Of a DNA stretch of 27,048 bases, positions 24,155 through 27,048 are shown one piece after another. The notes under the pieces were generated by a model. That model saw only the letters and a program-made list of their open reading frames with translations, made no database searches and was not told where the DNA came from. The position numbers and the translations under genes were made by a program. This DNA comes from a virus. Lineage: Duplodnaviria; Caudoviricetes. The number at the start of each line of letters is the position of its first letter. Positions within the stretch are counted from its first letter, which is position 1. The DNA lies in the IMG/VR virus record IMGVR_UViG_3300007346_000179, positions 1 to 27,048 of that record; one strand, given 5' to 3'.

Positions 24155-26223
24155 AAACAAGATTAAGAAATAATAAAGGGCAGTTTATAAAAAAATCTAA
24201 AACATCAGAGTTTGGATTTATTAATTTAAGTACTTATACAAGTCCTGAAGTTAAAGAAGTAAATGGTGCTGATTGGATTGAATATGGTGCTGATAATAAT
24301 TACTTTCAGTATTTAATTGATAGGTACAATGGAAGCCCAACAAATAATGCAGCGATTAATGGAATTAGTCAGGCTATTTACGGAAAGGGGTTAAATGCTA
24401 CTAATTCAAGTTCTAAGCCAAATGAGTATGCTCAAATGGTTTCTTTATTTAAAAAGGATGTAGTTAGAAAATTATGTTATGATCTAAAATTAATGGGACA
24501 ATGTGCTATTCAGATTATCTATTCTAAGGATAGAAAGACTATTGCACAGATAGAACATATGCCTATTGAAACTTTAAGGGCAGAAAAATGTAATGAAGAC
24601 GGAGAAATACCTGCTTATTATTACTATAAAGATTGGGCAAATATAAAAAGAACAGATATACCTACTAGAATTCCTGCATTTGGGATGTCTAAAGAAAATA
24701 TAGAAATATTGTATGTTCAACCATACAAGGCAGGTTTTTATTACTACTCACCTGTGGATTACCAAGGTGGACTGCAATACGCAGAACTTGAAGAAGAAGT
24801 ATCTAACTATCATTTGAATAATATTCTTAATGGTCTAAGCCCTAGTATGTTAATTAACTTTAACAACGGAACACCTAACCAACAAGAAAGACAATTAATA
24901 GAAAATAAGATTGCTCAGAAATTTAGTGGTACAAGTAATGCAGGAAAGTTTATTTTAGCTTTTAATGATAATAAAGAAAGTCAAGCAGAAATAACACCTG
25001 TTCAATTATCAGATGCACATAATCAATATCAGTTTCTTTCTGAAGAATCACAATCTAAAATTCAGGTAGCACATAGGGTTGTATCACCATTTTTATTAGG
25101 TATTAAATCTAGTACAGGTTTTTCTAGTAATGCAGATGAGATAAAGACTGCTAGTTTATTAATGGACAATACTGTAATAAGACCTTTTCAGGAACTTTTA
25201 ATAGATAACTTTGATAGAATACTAGCTTACAATGATATTAGCTTAAATCTATACTTTACGACCTTACAACCTTTAGAATTTACTGAAGTAGATACTGAAA
25301 TACAAGATAAGGAAACTATCGAAGAAGAAACAGGTGTTGAAATGGAAAAGTTTAGCCTAAAAAAGATAGATGGCAAACAGGCTTATGAAACTAAAGAAGA
25401 AGCAGAAAAGGTAGCAGATGAAATGGGTTGTGGTGGATATCACGAACACGAAGTAGAGGGTGTTACTTATTATATGCCTTGCGTAAGCCACGAAGAACTT
25501 AAAGCACCTTGTTGGGATGGATATGAGCAAAGGGGGATGAAAACCAAGAATGGTAAAAAAGTACCTAATTGCGTTAAGCTAGAAGAAGTTACTTTAGAAT
25601 CTTTTGGTGAAGATGAAGATTTATCTGAATGGGAATTAATAGATGAAAGAAAAGTTGATTATGAAGCAGAAGATGCTTTGGATTATCAGATAGATCAATT
25701 AAACACAAAAGGAAAAAGTTTACTTTCTAAATTATGGGAATTTGTATCAACAGGAACTGCAAGACCAAATGCAAAAAGTAGTCAAGATGAATTGGTTGAT
25801 GGAACACAATTTAAAGTTAGATATCAATATGCACCTCTAAAAGATACATTTGACAAAGATGGTAAAAATGTTACTAGGGATTTTTGTTCTAAAATGGTAG
25901 CAGCTAAAAAAATATATCGAAAAGAAGATATTGAAATGATGAGTAAACAGGCAGTTAATGCAGGTTGGGGACCTCGAGGTGCTGATACATATTCTATTTG
26001 GTTTTATAAAGGTGGTGGGGCTTGCCATCATTTTTGGATGCGTAAGACTTATATGAAGAAAGGAAAAGGAAGTATTGATATTAAAAGTCCACTTGCTCCA
26101 ACTATAAGTGTAAACAAAGCAATAAAAGCAGGGTTTAAACCTGAAAAGAATAGTCCATTAGTTGCAAAGCGACCGATTGATATGCCTAACGAGGGATTTT
26201 TACCAACAAATAAAAGAAGATAA
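24151..26223 (+). CDS. Portal protein with long C-terminal extension
   Basis: SPTNNAAI...IYGKG, NGLSPSMLI, FSGTSNAGK, AHRVVSPFLLGI, VIRPFQ in the first ~380 aa; Cys/His-rich modules after. Confidence 0.85.
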   Translation: MKTRLRNNKGQFIKKSKTSEFGFINLSTYTSPEVKEVNGADWIEYGADNNYFQYLIDRYNGSPTNNAAINGISQAIYGKGLNATNSSSKPNEYAQMVSLFKKDVVRKLCYDLKLMGQCAIQIIYSKDRKTIAQIEHMPIETLRAEKCNEDGEIPAYYYYKDWANIKRTDIPTRIPAFGMSKENIEILYVQPYKAGFYYYSPVDYQGGLQYAELEEEVSNYHLNNILNGLSPSMLINFNNGTPNQQERQLIENKIAQKFSGTSNAGKFILAFNDNKESQAEITPVQLSDAHNQYQFLSEESQSKIQVAHRVVSPFLLGIKSSTGFSSNADEIKTASLLMDNTVIRPFQELLIDNFDRILAYNDISLNLYFTTLQPLEFTEVDTEIQDKETIEEETGVEMEKFSLKKIDGKQAYETKEEAEKVADEMGCGGYHEHEVEGVTYYMPCVSHEELKAPCWDGYEQRGMKTKNGKKVPNCVKLEEVTLESFGEDEDLSEWELIDERKVDYEAEDALDYQIDQLNTKGKSLLSKLWEFVSTGTARPNAKSSQDELVDGTQFKVRYQYAPLKDTFDKDGKNVTRDFCSKMVAAKKIYRKEDIEMMSKQAVNAGWGPRGADTYSIWFYKGGGACHHFWMRKTYMKKGKGSIDIKSPLAPTISVNKAIKAGFKPEKNSPLVAKRPIDMPNEGFLPTNKRR

Positions 26224-26730
26224 ATGGCAACACAACTATTCATAAATAGAACAGATCTTGTTAGAAATTCCATAATGGATGGAAATATTTCTACAGACAA
26301 GTTTATACAATTTGTAAAGATAGCACAGGAAATAGACGTTCAGCAAATAATGGGAACAGATTTGTATAATGGTTTATCTGCAGCAATGCCTAATATTGAC
26401 GATGCTGCTAATGCAAGATGGAAAACAATTTTAGATGACTATATTGTACCTATGTTAATTTGGTATGCTCAATCTAATTACTATCCATTTGCTGCATATC
26501 AGGTTAAACAGGGTGGAGTATTTAAACATACGTCAGAAAATTCTATTTCAGTAGATAAAAACGAAGTAGATTTTTTAGTTGAGAAAGCAAGAACAAATGC
26601 TGAATGGTATTCTAGAAGATTTATTGATTTTATGAGTTTTAACCAAGCTACATATCCTGAATATACTAGCAATACCAACGATGATATTTACCCAAGTTAT
26701 GATTCAACATTTAACGGATGGGTTTTATGA
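26224..26730 (+). CDS. Putative head-tail adaptor
   Basis: 168-aa helical protein directly after portal; AQEIDVQQIMGTDLY. Confidence 0.6.
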   Translation: MATQLFINRTDLVRNSIMDGNISTDKFIQFVKIAQEIDVQQIMGTDLYNGLSAAMPNIDDAANARWKTILDDYIVPMLIWYAQSNYYPFAAYQVKQGGVFKHTSENSISVDKNEVDFLVEKARTNAEWYSRRFIDFMSFNQATYPEYTSNTNDDIYPSYDSTFNGWVL

Positions 26731-26822
26731 TCTACAAGCCTAAGAAAAAAAATATAGAAAAGTTAAAAGTCTTTTTAAAAAAAAGAAATAAAAAAATAAA
26801 GAATGGCAAACGAAATTTATAG
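26727..26822 (+). CDS. Small basic peptide, 31 aa (not in ORF track)
   Basis: MIYKPKKKNIEKLKVFLKKRNKKIKNGKRNL; ATGA overlap, fills the gap. Confidence 0.45.
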   Translation: MIYKPKKKNIEKLKVFLKKRNKKIKNGKRNL

Positions 26823-26994
26823 TAAAAGTTGGTGGGGAAGCCCTATGGAAATAGGATGGGGAAGCATTTATTATCGTTTTGCTTTTCCTAGTGCTATTCC
26901 TGCTTTATTAGTTACTTTAGAAAGCAGGGCAACTTATTATGAGAATGTAACTTGTACAACAGCAACATTAACCGAATTAGAAAACATAGAATAA
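26803..26994 (+). CDS. Hypothetical virion-region protein
   Basis: 63 aa with IYSKSWWG...GWGSIY. Confidence 0.65.
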   Translation: MANEIYSKSWWGSPMEIGWGSIYYRFAFPSAIPALLVTLESRATYYENVTCTTATLTELENIE

Positions 26995-26995
26995 G

Positions 26996-27048
26996 ATGGC
27001 AGATAATTTATTAGATAAAGCATCAATATTACTTACACCAACTGCATA
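26996..27048 (+). CDS. 5' end of a tail-associated protein, partial
   Basis: MADNLLDKASILLTPTA..., starts 1 nt after the previous stop and runs off the window. Confidence 0.6.
   Translation, partial: MADNLLDKASILLTPTA

Noticed and set aside
4640-26300. Other minus-strand ORFs (4640, 6476, 10505, 19496, 20662, 25837, 26049)
   Set aside because: All lie opposite well-supported + strand genes and have low-complexity shadow composition
1-27048. tRNA, rRNA, integrase, reverse transcriptase/DGR or stop-codon reassignment
   Set aside because: No cloverleaf or matching motifs seen; standard-code ORFs tile the window densely with TAA, TAG and TGA all used as stops

Overview
A 27-kb, very AT-rich segment of a tailed dsDNA phage, siphovirus-like, with all supported genes on the + strand. 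The host is most likely Bacteroidota/Flavobacteriia: there are TTTG-N19-TAnnTTTG promoters and A-rich start regions without Shine-Dalgarno motifs. Gene order: end of a tail-associated gene; lysis cassette (M15 endolysin, holin-like genes); recombination/replication genes (NinG, SSAP-like, SSB, AAA ATPase); ECF-type sigma factor; nucleases and a short C5 methyltransferase; small early genes; 5'-3' exonuclease; DnaA-C-terminal-like HTH protein; ParB-like protein plus glycosyltransferase; terminase; a moron; tail module with a -1 frameshift chaperone; tape measure; protease; scaffold; capsid; major tail; portal; adaptor. The most notable non-coding signals are four. (1) A ~60-nt unit at ~2650-2712, bounded by a promoter and a terminator, whose 5' end is antisense to an AACAGAAC(A/G) motif at the starts of several early genes (candidate multi-target sRNA). 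(2) Two attC-like hairpins at 9515-9635 and 9797-9847 enclosing an integron-style cassette, whose ORF takes its start codon from the upstream hairpin loop. (3) Five RYAAA-N15-CGTTATA putative late promoters that fit the phage sigma factor. (4) Near-total avoidance of CATG and CCAG/CTGG. All functional calls come from reading motifs by eye; no searches were run.
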